A DNA stretch of 64,000 nt from the NCBI GenBank assembly GCA_964604995.1, contig CAZSAD010000003.1, forward strand, positions 1 to 64,000, in the 5' to 3' direction. Origin of the DNA: an uncultured Methanosarcinales archaeon. Lineage in GTDB: Archaea; Nanobdellota; Nanobdellia; Woesearchaeales; JABMPP01. Positions 1 to 9,529 of the stretch are shown piece by piece. Position 1 is the first letter of the stretch; each line of letters begins with the position of its first letter. A program made the translations under genes and the position numbers. The notes beneath the pieces are model-generated. The model had not been told where the DNA came from and made no database searches. It worked only from the letters and a program-made list of their open reading frames with translations.

Positions 1-994
1 ACACATCGTGTTTTATCCCATATCTATCAAGTGCAATGCAAAATATCCTATGAATCATTTCATTGTAAGATATCCCCAAAGCTTGTGATGCTTTTGGAAG
101 TGTGTTATCAGCACTAATACCTGGATTAGGATTCATTTCAAGTACATAAGGTGTACCATCAGAACTTAATCTAAAGTCAATTCTGCCATAATCTCTAACT
201 CCCAAAATTTTATAGACATCAATTGCCATTTTCTTCATTTTCATTTCAAGTTGTTTTGAGATTTCTGCTGGACAAATTTCTGTACTTTGGCTAAATATTT
301 CACTTTCTTTGTCCCATTTTGCATCATAAGATAATATTTTGTAAGTTCCTTGGTCTAACTCGCCAAAAGTATATTCAGAAACAGGCAATGATTGAGATGT
401 ACCATTATTTCCCCAAACTCCAACTGCGAATTCCCTTCCTTCAACATACTCTTCAACAAGCGCTGGCTGGTTGTATGTTCTTAAGATATACCCTACCCTT
501 GCTTGCAACTCTTTTTCATTTTTCACAATAGCATTATTGGTAATTCCAATGCTGTTATCCATTGAAAGTGGCTTTACAATTAGTGGAAAACTCATTTCTT
601 GATTGAGTTTCTTATTTCTTGAATAGAATACTTGAAATTTTGGAGTTGGAATTCCATAATAATTCAAAATTTCTTTTACTTTTGCTTTATTCATGCAAAG
701 TGCAAGTGTTAAAGGAGCTGAACCGGTATAAGGAATCCCTAGTAATTCAAGCATTGCTGCAACATGTGGCTCAAAAAAACTATTGCCATTGAATCTTTCA
801 CACACATTAAATGCGATATCAACATTTGCTTTTCTTAATTTTTCAAATGTTTTTTCATTAACATCAAAGAAAACAACTTCATGACCATATTCTTTCAAAG
901 CATCTGAGACTGCTTTACCTACTTCAGTTAAATCATCTTCAATTTCTTTATTTTGATAATCCGAAAAAATGTTTGATAAGACAGCAACCTTCAT
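1..994 (-). CDS. D-Ala-D-Ala ligase-like ATP-grasp enzyme (3' end runs off the window)
   Basis: Missing from the ORF track; manual translation MKVAVLSN...ELLGIPYTGS...CMNKAKVK...FPLIVKP..MDNSIGI...LVEEYVEGRE...YDAKW...YGRIDFR...LEMNPNPG matches Ddl-family ATP-grasp motifs; frame open to base 1. Confidence 0.85.
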   Translation of the reverse strand, partial: MKVAVLSNIFSDYQNKEIEDDLTEVGKAVSDALKEYGHEVVFFDVNEKTFEKLRKANVDIAFNVCERFNGNSFFEPHVAAMLELLGIPYTGSAPLTLALCMNKAKVKEILNYYGIPTPKFQVFYSRNKKLNQEMSFPLIVKPLSMDNSIGITNNAIVKNEKELQARVGYILRTYNQPALVEEYVEGREFAVGVWGNNGTSQSLPVSEYTFGELDQGTYKILSYDAKWDKESEIFSQSTEICPAEISKQLEMKMKKMAIDVYKILGVRDYGRIDFRLSSDGTPYVLEMNPNPGISADNTLPKASQALGISYNEMIHRIFCIALDRYGIKHDV

Positions 995-1334
995 TAATTC
1001 TCGCCCTCGAAGAAAATTTGTTTATTTAAAGCCAAAACTATCAAAGTGTGATATTCAAAGAATTCCGAATTAATAAAGGGGTTGGAATTTTTAGCTGAGT
1101 TCATTGTTTTTTATTGAATTTTTTTTAAAGACCCCAAAATTTTGTTTTGAGATATCCTTTTTATTTTTTATTTGCATAAAATTTAGATAATTAGTTTAAT
1201 TTATAATCTTAGTTGATTACCTTATATATAAATATTTTCGTTCTGAAAAATATTTTTTATAAAAAATAATAATCAAAAGAATTATTTTATAAAAAGAAAT
1301 TGAAAAAAATTATAAAGAAAAAAATAAGAAGTAA

Positions 1335-1436
1335 TTAAAATCCTTCATCATCGTCATCTGGGTCATATTTATCGTCGAAAGGGTCATCTTTGAAAAGATC
1401 GTCGTCATCCATTGTAAAAAATTCTTTTTTTTGCAT
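1335..1436 (-). CDS. 33-aa Asp-rich micropeptide MQKKEFFTMDDDDLFKDDPFDDKYDPDDDDEGF
   Basis: Manual translation; perfect SD AGGAGGTGAG (1441-1450) just upstream of ATG; more GC-rich than flanking intergenic DNA. Confidence 0.7.
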   Translation of the reverse strand: MQKKEFFTMDDDDLFKDDPFDDKYDPDDDDEGF

Positions 1437-1590
1437 TGAACTCACCTCCTTGGCCAATTGGTTTTATAAATTTAATATAACAATAAAAATAATTTTAAAT
1501 ATTTGTATTTTATTTTTTAAATTTATTTTGTCATGGGATAAGATATAAAAAATAATAAATAATTTTTTAAATTTTTTAAGTTTAGCTATT

Positions 1591-1704
1591 TTAGCTATAA
1601 ATCTCTTTTTCTTTTTTAACTATTTCCCCACACTCTGGACAGTATTCCTCTTCAATATCGACTTGAAATCCACACATTGGACATTCAATTTGTATATTTG
1701 CCAT
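1591..1704 (-). CDS. 37-aa zinc-ribbon microprotein MANIQIECPMCGFQVDIEEEYCPECGEIVKKEKEIYS
   Basis: Two CPxCG knuckles; SD AAGGTGG upstream of ATG; TTTATAA box about 40 bp upstream. Confidence 0.8.
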   Translation of the reverse strand: MANIQIECPMCGFQVDIEEEYCPECGEIVKKEKEIYS

Positions 1705-1815
1705 TGGTCCCACCTTCGACTTGAACGATATTAGTATTTTAAGTTTATAAAGATTAGCCAAAAAAATGAAAAAATATTGATAAAAAATTAATAGAACACT
1801 ATTATATGAATATTA

Positions 1816-3798
1816 TCAAATTCTTTTCCCAATCTCATTACATAGTTCAATATATGTACTGCTGCTCCACGCTTGCGCTTGACATCCTTCACTTTTAAGG
1901 TTTGATGCTGAACTAACCTCTGCACAATAACCAATTATTCCCATGTATAAAATTTCACTAGTACTAGAATTTAATATTTTAAGTATCTCTTTTGAAAACT
2001 TTCTTTTGTTTAATTTATGCATAGCTATTGCTGCAAGATTATTTATAAAAAACCAAGAATCCCCACGATGATAGCTCCTGTTGTTTTCACCAGTATAAAT
2101 ATCAATATAAAGAGGAGAATTTTTTTCTATTGTTGAAATTCCACCCCATTCGAGCCATGTTTTAGATAATGCATTTGAAAAAATCTGCTCCCAGACTGAT
2201 TTTTTGAATAAATTAGGATATGCAAGATAAGAAATAAAAATATTTGGCCTTTGTGTTGGATCGTTTAACCCATCACATAATTTTCCATTTTCTAAAAATA
2301 ATGCTCTTACTCTTTCTGCGAAGGTTTCTTCTAGATATGCATAGAATTTTTTATTTTCACTATTATCAAGAATTTCACTTAGTTTTTTAGCAAACAAAAG
2401 CATTCGCAAAAATAAACATTGTATTTCAACTCTTTTACCAGTGCGATTATCATCAGCAAAATCTGTGTCCATCCAAGTTTCAAGAGCATTGTTTGTGATT
2501 AAACCTTTATCTTCATGCTTTTCAATTAAACGTTTGATTGCATATTGTAATTTTTCATGAATATGTTCTAATTCATCTTTTGAAAAAAAATGATGCAAAG
2601 TTTTGTTAGATTGTAATTTTTGAATTAAATTATCAATTTGCATAAATACTAACCCTAAACCATCTGCACTTGCAAGATTTGATCTTGGATACATATTAGG
2701 TATTCTTCCATCTTCAGTAATATGCCTAAGATGTCGATTTATAATTGATTTAGCTTCATTAATTTTATTTTCAGAAATTAAAGCTCCAAGACAAATTGCC
2801 TCGTCTCTTGCCCAAAATTGAAAAAACCACGGAAGCCCTGCATATATTCCAAAATCACCATAAGCTTCTTGTGTTAAACTATCCAATGATACTTGCGCGC
2901 AATGGTATGCAATTTGATATTCTTTTGCTGGAAGCTCTAATTTTTTTGATGGAGCAAAGTCATTTAGATGTAGATTATTGGAATTAACTAAATTATTTTT
3001 ATTAGGATTTTTATTAAGATTTTTATCGTGATTATTAATAATTGAATTAGTATGTTCTTGTACTAAATGCAATTCTTTATCAAAAAGTTTGGAAAGTTGA
3101 TATGCTTTAGATATTGCTTCTTCTTTTTTCTCAGAATATCCAAAAAAGATATTAGTAGTTTCTTTACATGAAATTTTTAGCGCATCATAAACATAAAGCG
3201 ACATGGGCAAGGAATTGCGCTCTTTATCAAATGAATATTCTTTTTTTACCCAATTAGAAAGCAAGTTAACTGTTCCATTAGTTATTAAAGCAATATAAAT
3301 TGTATAAGATTTTTCTTTTAGATTATCATCTATAAATTTAGTATATTCGATTACTAATGCATCTTTTTCCTGAATTATTTTGTATATTCTTCCTTTGTCA
3401 TCAAAATCATATATTTTTCTGCAATCAAAAGTTACAATTACATCACCAGTATAATTTTGGGTTTGATAAGCCAAAACATTGTCATGTGGCATTACAAAAG
3501 TTTCAATTGCTTTATTAGAAATCCTTTTGATTTGAAATAATTCATTTTTTATTTCAGTTACGTGGGATTCGTTTGAATTAGTATTACCACCATTATAATT
3601 TTCAACTAAATTTATGGATTCTAGCCATTTATTCAATTGAAAAGGGTAATGATAAAAATAACCACCTTGAAATCTGCTTTTATTAGAATTTGTTGAGAGA
3701 TATAAGTAACCGCCTCTCTTATTTGTCAGCAGAAAATCCGCCAACTTCACCTCTTTTTCTACACTTGTGCCATTGGCACTGTGAATTATTTTCACCAT
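1816..3798 (-). CDS. Amylo-alpha-1,6-glucosidase (glycogen debranching enzyme, GDE_C-type)
   Basis: AGLPWFFQFWARD, TWMD...GKRVEIQ, RPN, YHRGDSW and QAWS motifs. Confidence 0.85.
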   Translation of the reverse strand: MVKIIHSANGTSVEKEVKLADFLLTNKRGGYLYLSTNSNKSRFQGGYFYHYPFQLNKWLESINLVENYNGGNTNSNESHVTEIKNELFQIKRISNKAIETFVMPHDNVLAYQTQNYTGDVIVTFDCRKIYDFDDKGRIYKIIQEKDALVIEYTKFIDDNLKEKSYTIYIALITNGTVNLLSNWVKKEYSFDKERNSLPMSLYVYDALKISCKETTNIFFGYSEKKEEAISKAYQLSKLFDKELHLVQEHTNSIINNHDKNLNKNPNKNNLVNSNNLHLNDFAPSKKLELPAKEYQIAYHCAQVSLDSLTQEAYGDFGIYAGLPWFFQFWARDEAICLGALISENKINEAKSIINRHLRHITEDGRIPNMYPRSNLASADGLGLVFMQIDNLIQKLQSNKTLHHFFSKDELEHIHEKLQYAIKRLIEKHEDKGLITNNALETWMDTDFADDNRTGKRVEIQCLFLRMLLFAKKLSEILDNSENKKFYAYLEETFAERVRALFLENGKLCDGLNDPTQRPNIFISYLAYPNLFKKSVWEQIFSNALSKTWLEWGGISTIEKNSPLYIDIYTGENNRSYHRGDSWFFINNLAAIAMHKLNKRKFSKEILKILNSSTSEILYMGIIGYCAEVSSASNLKSEGCQAQAWSSSTYIELCNEIGKRI

Positions 3799-3862
3799 TT
3801 ATTATGAAACATTTGACTTGGGATTTATTCAAATTTAACTTATTCAATTAAACTTCTTCAAA

Positions 3863-4846
3863 TTAAACTTCTTCAATTTCTGAACTATCCCCTATATTTA
3901 ATTTTTTGAATTCGCCTTTGAAAACTGCATTGTCTCCAATTATAGATTTGTTAAGCAATGAATTTTCAATATATGCATTTTCATTAATGATACTATCTTT
4001 GATTATTGAATTTTTGATTGTTACATTTGATGCAACAGAAACATAAGGACCGATAATAGAATTTTCTATCTTAGCATTTTTTTCAATATAAACTGGAGGA
4101 ACTATTATGTAATTTAGAGTTTTATCTGCTCTATGTCCACCAGTACTTAAAAAATATTTATTTGTCAAAAGCAAAGCTTCAGGAGTTCCACAATCTTCCC
4201 AAACATTAACTTCTAATGATTTGAAAGTTGCTCCTTTTTCAATCATCATTTGAAATGCATCCATTAGATAATATTCCCCTTTGTTTAATTTTTTATTACT
4301 AACCATCTCATCAATGCACTTGAACATTAATTTATAATTTTTAACATAATACAAACCAATATTAACAAGATTAGAAATTGGAGGATCTGCTTTTTCTTTT
4401 ATTTCTTTTACAACAAAAGAAGAATCCACTTTAATTTGTCCAAATCTACGCGGATCAGTAACCATTTTTACATAAATTGCTCCATCTTCTTTGATTTTTG
4501 CAAGCTCTTCTATTTTAGCATCAGAAATTGTATCAACAAACCATATAACAACATCTTCTTTTATGTATTTTTGTGCAAGTTTTACTGCAACAGCTTGCCC
4601 ATTCAATTCTTGCTGTTCTATAAATCTGCACTTAAAAGAATAATTTTTTTTTACAAATTCTTCTATTTGTGAACCATGATAACCTGTAATAAAAATTACT
4701 TCAGAAATAGATTTATTATTTTTTATACTATCTAATATATGTGCCAAAACTGGTTTTCCAGCTACATGAACAAGTGGCTTTGCCTTGGTATTGGTATGTG
4801 GCTTTAGCCTTGTTCCCTTTCCAGCAACAGGTATTATTACTTGCAT
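3863..4846 (-). CDS. Sugar-1-phosphate nucleotidyltransferase with C-terminal left-handed beta-helix
   Basis: IPVAGKGTRLKPHT..KAKPL, EK, WEDCGTPE, hexapeptide repeats; ATG at 4846 preferred. Confidence 0.85.
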   Translation of the reverse strand: MQVIIPVAGKGTRLKPHTNTKAKPLVHVAGKPVLAHILDSIKNNKSISEVIFITGYHGSQIEEFVKKNYSFKCRFIEQQELNGQAVAVKLAQKYIKEDVVIWFVDTISDAKIEELAKIKEDGAIYVKMVTDPRRFGQIKVDSSFVVKEIKEKADPPISNLVNIGLYYVKNYKLMFKCIDEMVSNKKLNKGEYYLMDAFQMMIEKGATFKSLEVNVWEDCGTPEALLLTNKYFLSTGGHRADKTLNYIIVPPVYIEKNAKIENSIIGPYVSVASNVTIKNSIIKDSIINENAYIENSLLNKSIIGDNAVFKGEFKKLNIGDSSEIEEV

Positions 4847-4936
4847 GTTATACAAAGTGTAAAATTCTAGGTATATAAAATTATTGCAAAACTATATTTA
4901 TTTAACATATTTGATTTAACATATTTGAAAATAAAA

Positions 4937-5893
4937 TTATTTTTCTCCCCTGTAGAATTTAGCTGCTTCTTCAGGAGAGATTGAATTTATGATAGCATCA
5001 CTTCCTATTTCAAAACCTGCCCATGTTGCAATTCGTGGAGTAAATTCCATATGAAAATGAAGATCCTCGCCTTTAGGAGAATTATGCAAATAAAAATTAA
5101 ATGAACAATTTAACTCTTTTAATTTATCCATAATTAATTTAAAGATATGTGTCAAATCTTTTAATTCATCAATATTGAATTCATCAATAGATTTGCAATG
5201 TTTTTTTGAAAAAAGCCAGATTTCATAGTTGTACCTTGATGCATAAGGTGTGAATGCGACAAAATTCAAATTTTCAAAACATTTTCTAAAACTGCCTTTT
5301 TCAATGTTTAATATCTGACAATAAGGGCAAATTCCATTTTTTGCTTTCCAATCAATTGATGCTTGAATTTCTGATTTAATTAATGAAGGCATAAAATTCA
5401 TAGAAATAATTTGTGTGTGACTATGTTTTAATGAGGTTCCAGCTTCTTTGCCATGATTTTTAAAAATCAAAACATATTTTGACGTTGCATCTTTGGAAAG
5501 TTCAGTAAATCTTAAGCTATAAATTTTAAATAATTCTAAAAGTTCATTTTTATTTAAATCAAAAATCTGCCTATTATGTTCTGGCATTTCAGCAACAACT
5601 TCATGTTTTCCGTAAGGGTTTGAAAATGTAAAAAAAGAATTATCTGTTTTGATTTCGCTTATTCCTTCTTGTGAAGTTGCTGGAAATTTATTTGGAAAAA
5701 CACGAATTTTCCATTTGCCATCTTTTTCGAATCTATCTATTTCAGGAGGAGTTAATTTTTCATTCCCCGAACAAAAATAACAAGTATCATCTTTTTCTGG
5801 CAAATCTTCTTTAACAAATTCTTTAGGTCTTTTTCCCCTTCCTTCGGAAATTATAACCCACCTATCAAGAAGATAATCTTTTCTTAGCTCCAT
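4937..5893 (-). CDS. galT: Galactose-1-phosphate uridylyltransferase family (GalT/HIT)
   Basis: MELRKD...RGKRP, CYFC..NE, NKFPA, AGTSLKHSHTQ (HxHxQ), AGFE. Confidence 0.88.
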   Translation of the reverse strand: MELRKDYLLDRWVIISEGRGKRPKEFVKEDLPEKDDTCYFCSGNEKLTPPEIDRFEKDGKWKIRVFPNKFPATSQEGISEIKTDNSFFTFSNPYGKHEVVAEMPEHNRQIFDLNKNELLELFKIYSLRFTELSKDATSKYVLIFKNHGKEAGTSLKHSHTQIISMNFMPSLIKSEIQASIDWKAKNGICPYCQILNIEKGSFRKCFENLNFVAFTPYASRYNYEIWLFSKKHCKSIDEFNIDELKDLTHIFKLIMDKLKELNCSFNFYLHNSPKGEDLHFHMEFTPRIATWAGFEIGSDAIINSISPEEAAKFYRGEK

Positions 5894-5969
5894 TTTTTTC
5901 AGCTCATTTTTTTATTTTTTATGCTCCCATTTTCCTATTTATTTTGAAAATTATTTTTGATTATTGAAG

Positions 5970-7826
5970 TTATTTTTTATTATGTTTTTCTATCGCTAGA
6001 TTGTGAGCTTTGATGTAGAATTCAACAAAATAACTCCAATTGCAACCAGAACTAATATTTTTTGCTTCATATTTATTCGTTATGCGCTCTTCTCTGGAAA
6101 GTGTGGTGTATTCATAAAAAATATTTTTTAAATCTTCAACTGCCAAATCATCTTTTCTATTTAATCTTGGAATAACATAAATTCCTGGCAATTTTTTCTT
6201 TACTGTATCTTTGTAAATGTATCTACCAAAACCTGCCAAATCAGTTGTAACTGAAGAAACACCTAATGCTGCAGCTTCTAGTGGAGTATATCCCCACGGC
6301 TCATAATAACTTGGAAAAACACCAAGCTGTGATCCAATCATGCTTTCGTAATAATTCAAATCCAATAATCCGTCTGCACCTGTCAAATAAATTGGATAAT
6401 AAACAACTTTTACTCTATCCTCTTTAGAATTATTCAAACTATTTTGTTTGAATCCATTTAATATAGAATCATTATTCTCATCATATAAATCATGAGTTGC
6501 AAACGGAGGATTTCCTTTTTTAACAAGTTTCAATGATTTTCTTTTTAGTTCTTTTAATAAACCATATTCAAATACATTTTCACCAGATATTTCTCTTCCT
6601 GTTGCAATTGAAACGGTCAAACTGTTTTTAATATCGGGCATTGCATCTTCTATGCTCTCGTGAATGTCTATAAAATTTGACCGATTTTCCAATATCTCTA
6701 GTTTTATGCCCCTAACATTAGAAGGTATCCAAAAAAATGCAACAACTGTTTTCTTGCTATTTTCTTGTTTTAAAATTTGATTGAGTTTTCCTAATGCTTT
6801 GATAAAAATATCAATGCCTTTATCATGATATTCATATCTTCCAACAATAAAATAAATATAAGTATTGCTTAAATCAAATGAATAATAAGGGAAAAAATAA
6901 TAAAGTAAAAAAGAATGTATTTTTGTTTTCATGAGTTGATGTTTTATTGCAATTTCTTCCATTGTTGGAAATTTTGCAAGATGTAAACCATTTGGGAGTA
7001 TAACTTCAGGTTTTCTTCCCAATAATGCTTCTGCTTCAATTCCAGTTATTTCAGAAACTGTTGTAAATACATCTGCATTATTTGCAGCTGATTTTTCAGT
7101 CAAATGTTTTGATTGTATCCCAAATTCAAATGCTTGCTTATCAGGATTTATTTTTCCAAGCTGATTGTATAAATCCATATGGGCTGAAGCTATTGTTCTA
7201 CCTAAAATTGTTGCATGTGTTGTAAATACTGTTGCAACTTTAGGATTGTTTTTCTTTAGGTACAATAAACCTGCAGCTGAAAGCCATTCATGGAATTGTG
7301 CAACAGCTAATACTTCTGGATTTTGATTAGTAGAAGAATTATTTTGATTATTTTGATTGTTATTATTTGGAATACTATTAACTATAGCACTAATTACTTT
7401 TCCAGTACAATATGCCCAAAGATTTGGTTCATCAAAATCATTATAATTAGTATTTAATGAATCAATTTTATAATCGTTCCAAAGATTTGTTTTAATTTCA
7501 TTATTTTTGTAAGAGTATTGTGTAAAGTCAATTAATATTGTATTTGGTGTTCCTTCTATTAACCATTTTCCAAAATGACAAATTATACCTTCATGTTTTA
7601 ATTGATCAAAAACAATTTTTAAATTATCTGGTGGAACTGTTTCTTGAAATTCACCAAATGCTTTGTTTTGAAAATGTGGACCTATTAAAAAATAATTTTT
7701 GTAGAATTTAGATATGGGTTCAGCTTTTGAAGTAACTACAGTATAAATTCCTCCAACTTTATTACAAACTTCCCATGAGACTTCAAAAAAGTAATCACAA
7801 ATAGCTTGTGTTGTAATAATACCCAC
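5970..7826 (-). CDS. Glycogen synthase, GT3 family
   Basis: FEVSWEVCNKVGGIYTV, FHEW, FTTHAT.LGR, GRYEYHDKG.D, FPSYYEPWGYTP.E. Confidence 0.92.
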   Translation of the reverse strand: MGIITTQAICDYFFEVSWEVCNKVGGIYTVVTSKAEPISKFYKNYFLIGPHFQNKAFGEFQETVPPDNLKIVFDQLKHEGIICHFGKWLIEGTPNTILIDFTQYSYKNNEIKTNLWNDYKIDSLNTNYNDFDEPNLWAYCTGKVISAIVNSIPNNNNQNNQNNSSTNQNPEVLAVAQFHEWLSAAGLLYLKKNNPKVATVFTTHATILGRTIASAHMDLYNQLGKINPDKQAFEFGIQSKHLTEKSAANNADVFTTVSEITGIEAEALLGRKPEVILPNGLHLAKFPTMEEIAIKHQLMKTKIHSFLLYYFFPYYSFDLSNTYIYFIVGRYEYHDKGIDIFIKALGKLNQILKQENSKKTVVAFFWIPSNVRGIKLEILENRSNFIDIHESIEDAMPDIKNSLTVSIATGREISGENVFEYGLLKELKRKSLKLVKKGNPPFATHDLYDENNDSILNGFKQNSLNNSKEDRVKVVYYPIYLTGADGLLDLNYYESMIGSQLGVFPSYYEPWGYTPLEAAALGVSSVTTDLAGFGRYIYKDTVKKKLPGIYVIPRLNRKDDLAVEDLKNIFYEYTTLSREERITNKYEAKNISSGCNWSYFVEFYIKAHNLAIEKHNKK

Positions 7827-8148
7827 CTCTTTACTAATATCAATACATTCAAAGGCTTTTATTATTTAAAAGTATTGTTACCATAATAAAATGATAATTT
7901 TTTATTAATCACTTTTTATTTTTTCACTCTTTTAATGTTGTTTTGATAAATTTTACCGAAAAGTATTTTAATAGGAAGGGCATTGTCCAATATATTATAC
8001 TTTGCTGCGTACAAAATTAGGGGTTAAAGCTAATAACTAGGCTAAATTGATGTTAGAAATTAAATATAAAAATAAATAGATTTAAAGAAGAATACAATTG
8101 ATAGATATATTTATCCTAGTTTGCATCACTCCTTAAAAGAGGATAATA

Positions 8149-9438
8149 ATGAAAGTTTTAATGCTTGGGTGGGAATTCCCGCCACATAGCAGTGGGGGTT
8201 TAGGCACTGCATGCCAAGGATTAACAAAGGGTTTAAGCCATAAAGGCGCAGCCATCACATTTGTTTTACCAAAATATTATGGACCAAATCCTAATTATCT
8301 AAATATTGTTTCTACTGACTCAATTGAATTAAAAAATGTAAAATTTAAAACAGTCAATTCAACTTTAAGACCTTATCAAACTCCTGGAACTTACCAAGAT
8401 GAAATGAAAAAAATTCTTTTTATGGGTAAATCAAGTAAGCAAAGCGCAATATATGGCAATGATTTGTTTGATGAAGTAAATAGATATTCCCAAAGAACTA
8501 GAATAATTGCTCAAAATGAAGATTTTGATATAATCCATGCACATGACTGGATGACTTTCAAAGCAGGAATTAATGCAAAAAAAGAAAAAAATGTGCCATT
8601 AGTTGTCCATGTTCATGCAACTGAATTTGATAGAACTGGTGGGCATCCTAATCAATATGTTTATGATATAGAAAGAGAAGGCATGCATCATGCTGATTCT
8701 ATAATTGCAGTTAGTAATTTTACAAAGCAAAAAATTATTGAGAATTATGGCATTGCACCAAGTAAAGTTAAAGTTGTACATAATGCAGTAGAATTTAATG
8801 ATGATAAATCAAATAGCAATTCTAATGATTCGCGATATTTAAAATCATCAACTAATCCAAATCATCACGCTAATAAGTTTAACGTGGGGATGACAGAACC
8901 AAGAGATAAGAAAGTTCTTTTCCTTGGACGTGTAACCCTACAAAAAGGTCCAGACTATTTCTTGTATGCAGCAAAGAAAGTCTTGGATGTAGATCCCCAC
9001 GTTAAATTTATTGTTGCAGGAACTGGAGATATGATGCCATTTATGATAGAAAAAGCAGCTTCACTTGGAATTTCAAAAGATGTGCTTTTTGCTGGATTTT
9101 TATCCGGAGAAGAAGTTGATAGAGCATATAAGATGGCAGATTTATATGTTATGCCCTCAGTTTCAGAACCATTTGGAATAACACCACTTGAAGCAATGAG
9201 AAATAGTGTGCCAGTTTTAATATCAAAACAAAGTGGAGTATCTGAAGTACTTAGCAACTGCCTTAAAGTTGATTTTTGGGATATTGATGATACAGCTAAT
9301 AAAATAATTGCAGCTTTGAATTATGGTTCAATGCATACAATGTTAAAAGAAAATGGAAATGATGAAGTTAAAAAAATGTCATGGGATAATTCAGCTGATA
9401 AATGCATTGAAGTTTATAATGAATTACTTAATAAATAA
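8149..9438 (+). CDS. GT4 glycosyltransferase (alpha-glucan synthesis-associated)
   Basis: MLGWEFPP..SGGLG, HAHDW, HATEFDR, PSVSEPFGITPLEA. Confidence 0.9.
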   Translation: MKVLMLGWEFPPHSSGGLGTACQGLTKGLSHKGAAITFVLPKYYGPNPNYLNIVSTDSIELKNVKFKTVNSTLRPYQTPGTYQDEMKKILFMGKSSKQSAIYGNDLFDEVNRYSQRTRIIAQNEDFDIIHAHDWMTFKAGINAKKEKNVPLVVHVHATEFDRTGGHPNQYVYDIEREGMHHADSIIAVSNFTKQKIIENYGIAPSKVKVVHNAVEFNDDKSNSNSNDSRYLKSSTNPNHHANKFNVGMTEPRDKKVLFLGRVTLQKGPDYFLYAAKKVLDVDPHVKFIVAGTGDMMPFMIEKAASLGISKDVLFAGFLSGEEVDRAYKMADLYVMPSVSEPFGITPLEAMRNSVPVLISKQSGVSEVLSNCLKVDFWDIDDTANKIIAALNYGSMHTMLKENGNDEVKKMSWDNSADKCIEVYNELLNK

Positions 9439-9529
9439 TTTCAAAAAATATTAGAATTAAAATCAGCTAAAGAATAAAATAAATATTTCAATAAGATAAT
9501 AAAAATTAATAAAGTGGGTGATTAAAAAA

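Noticed and set aside
319..531. 70-aa plus-strand ORF and the many similar short antisense ORFs in the track (e.g. 8955-9257, 24010-24765, 28794-29201, 49910-50398, 63176-63493)
   Set aside because: Shadow ORFs opposite or inside well-supported genes, without SD or motifs
1..994. Calling the ATP-grasp a true ddl for peptidoglycan
   Set aside because: Archaeal context, no mur genes, and the N-terminal GGxSxE motif of bacterial Ddl is absent
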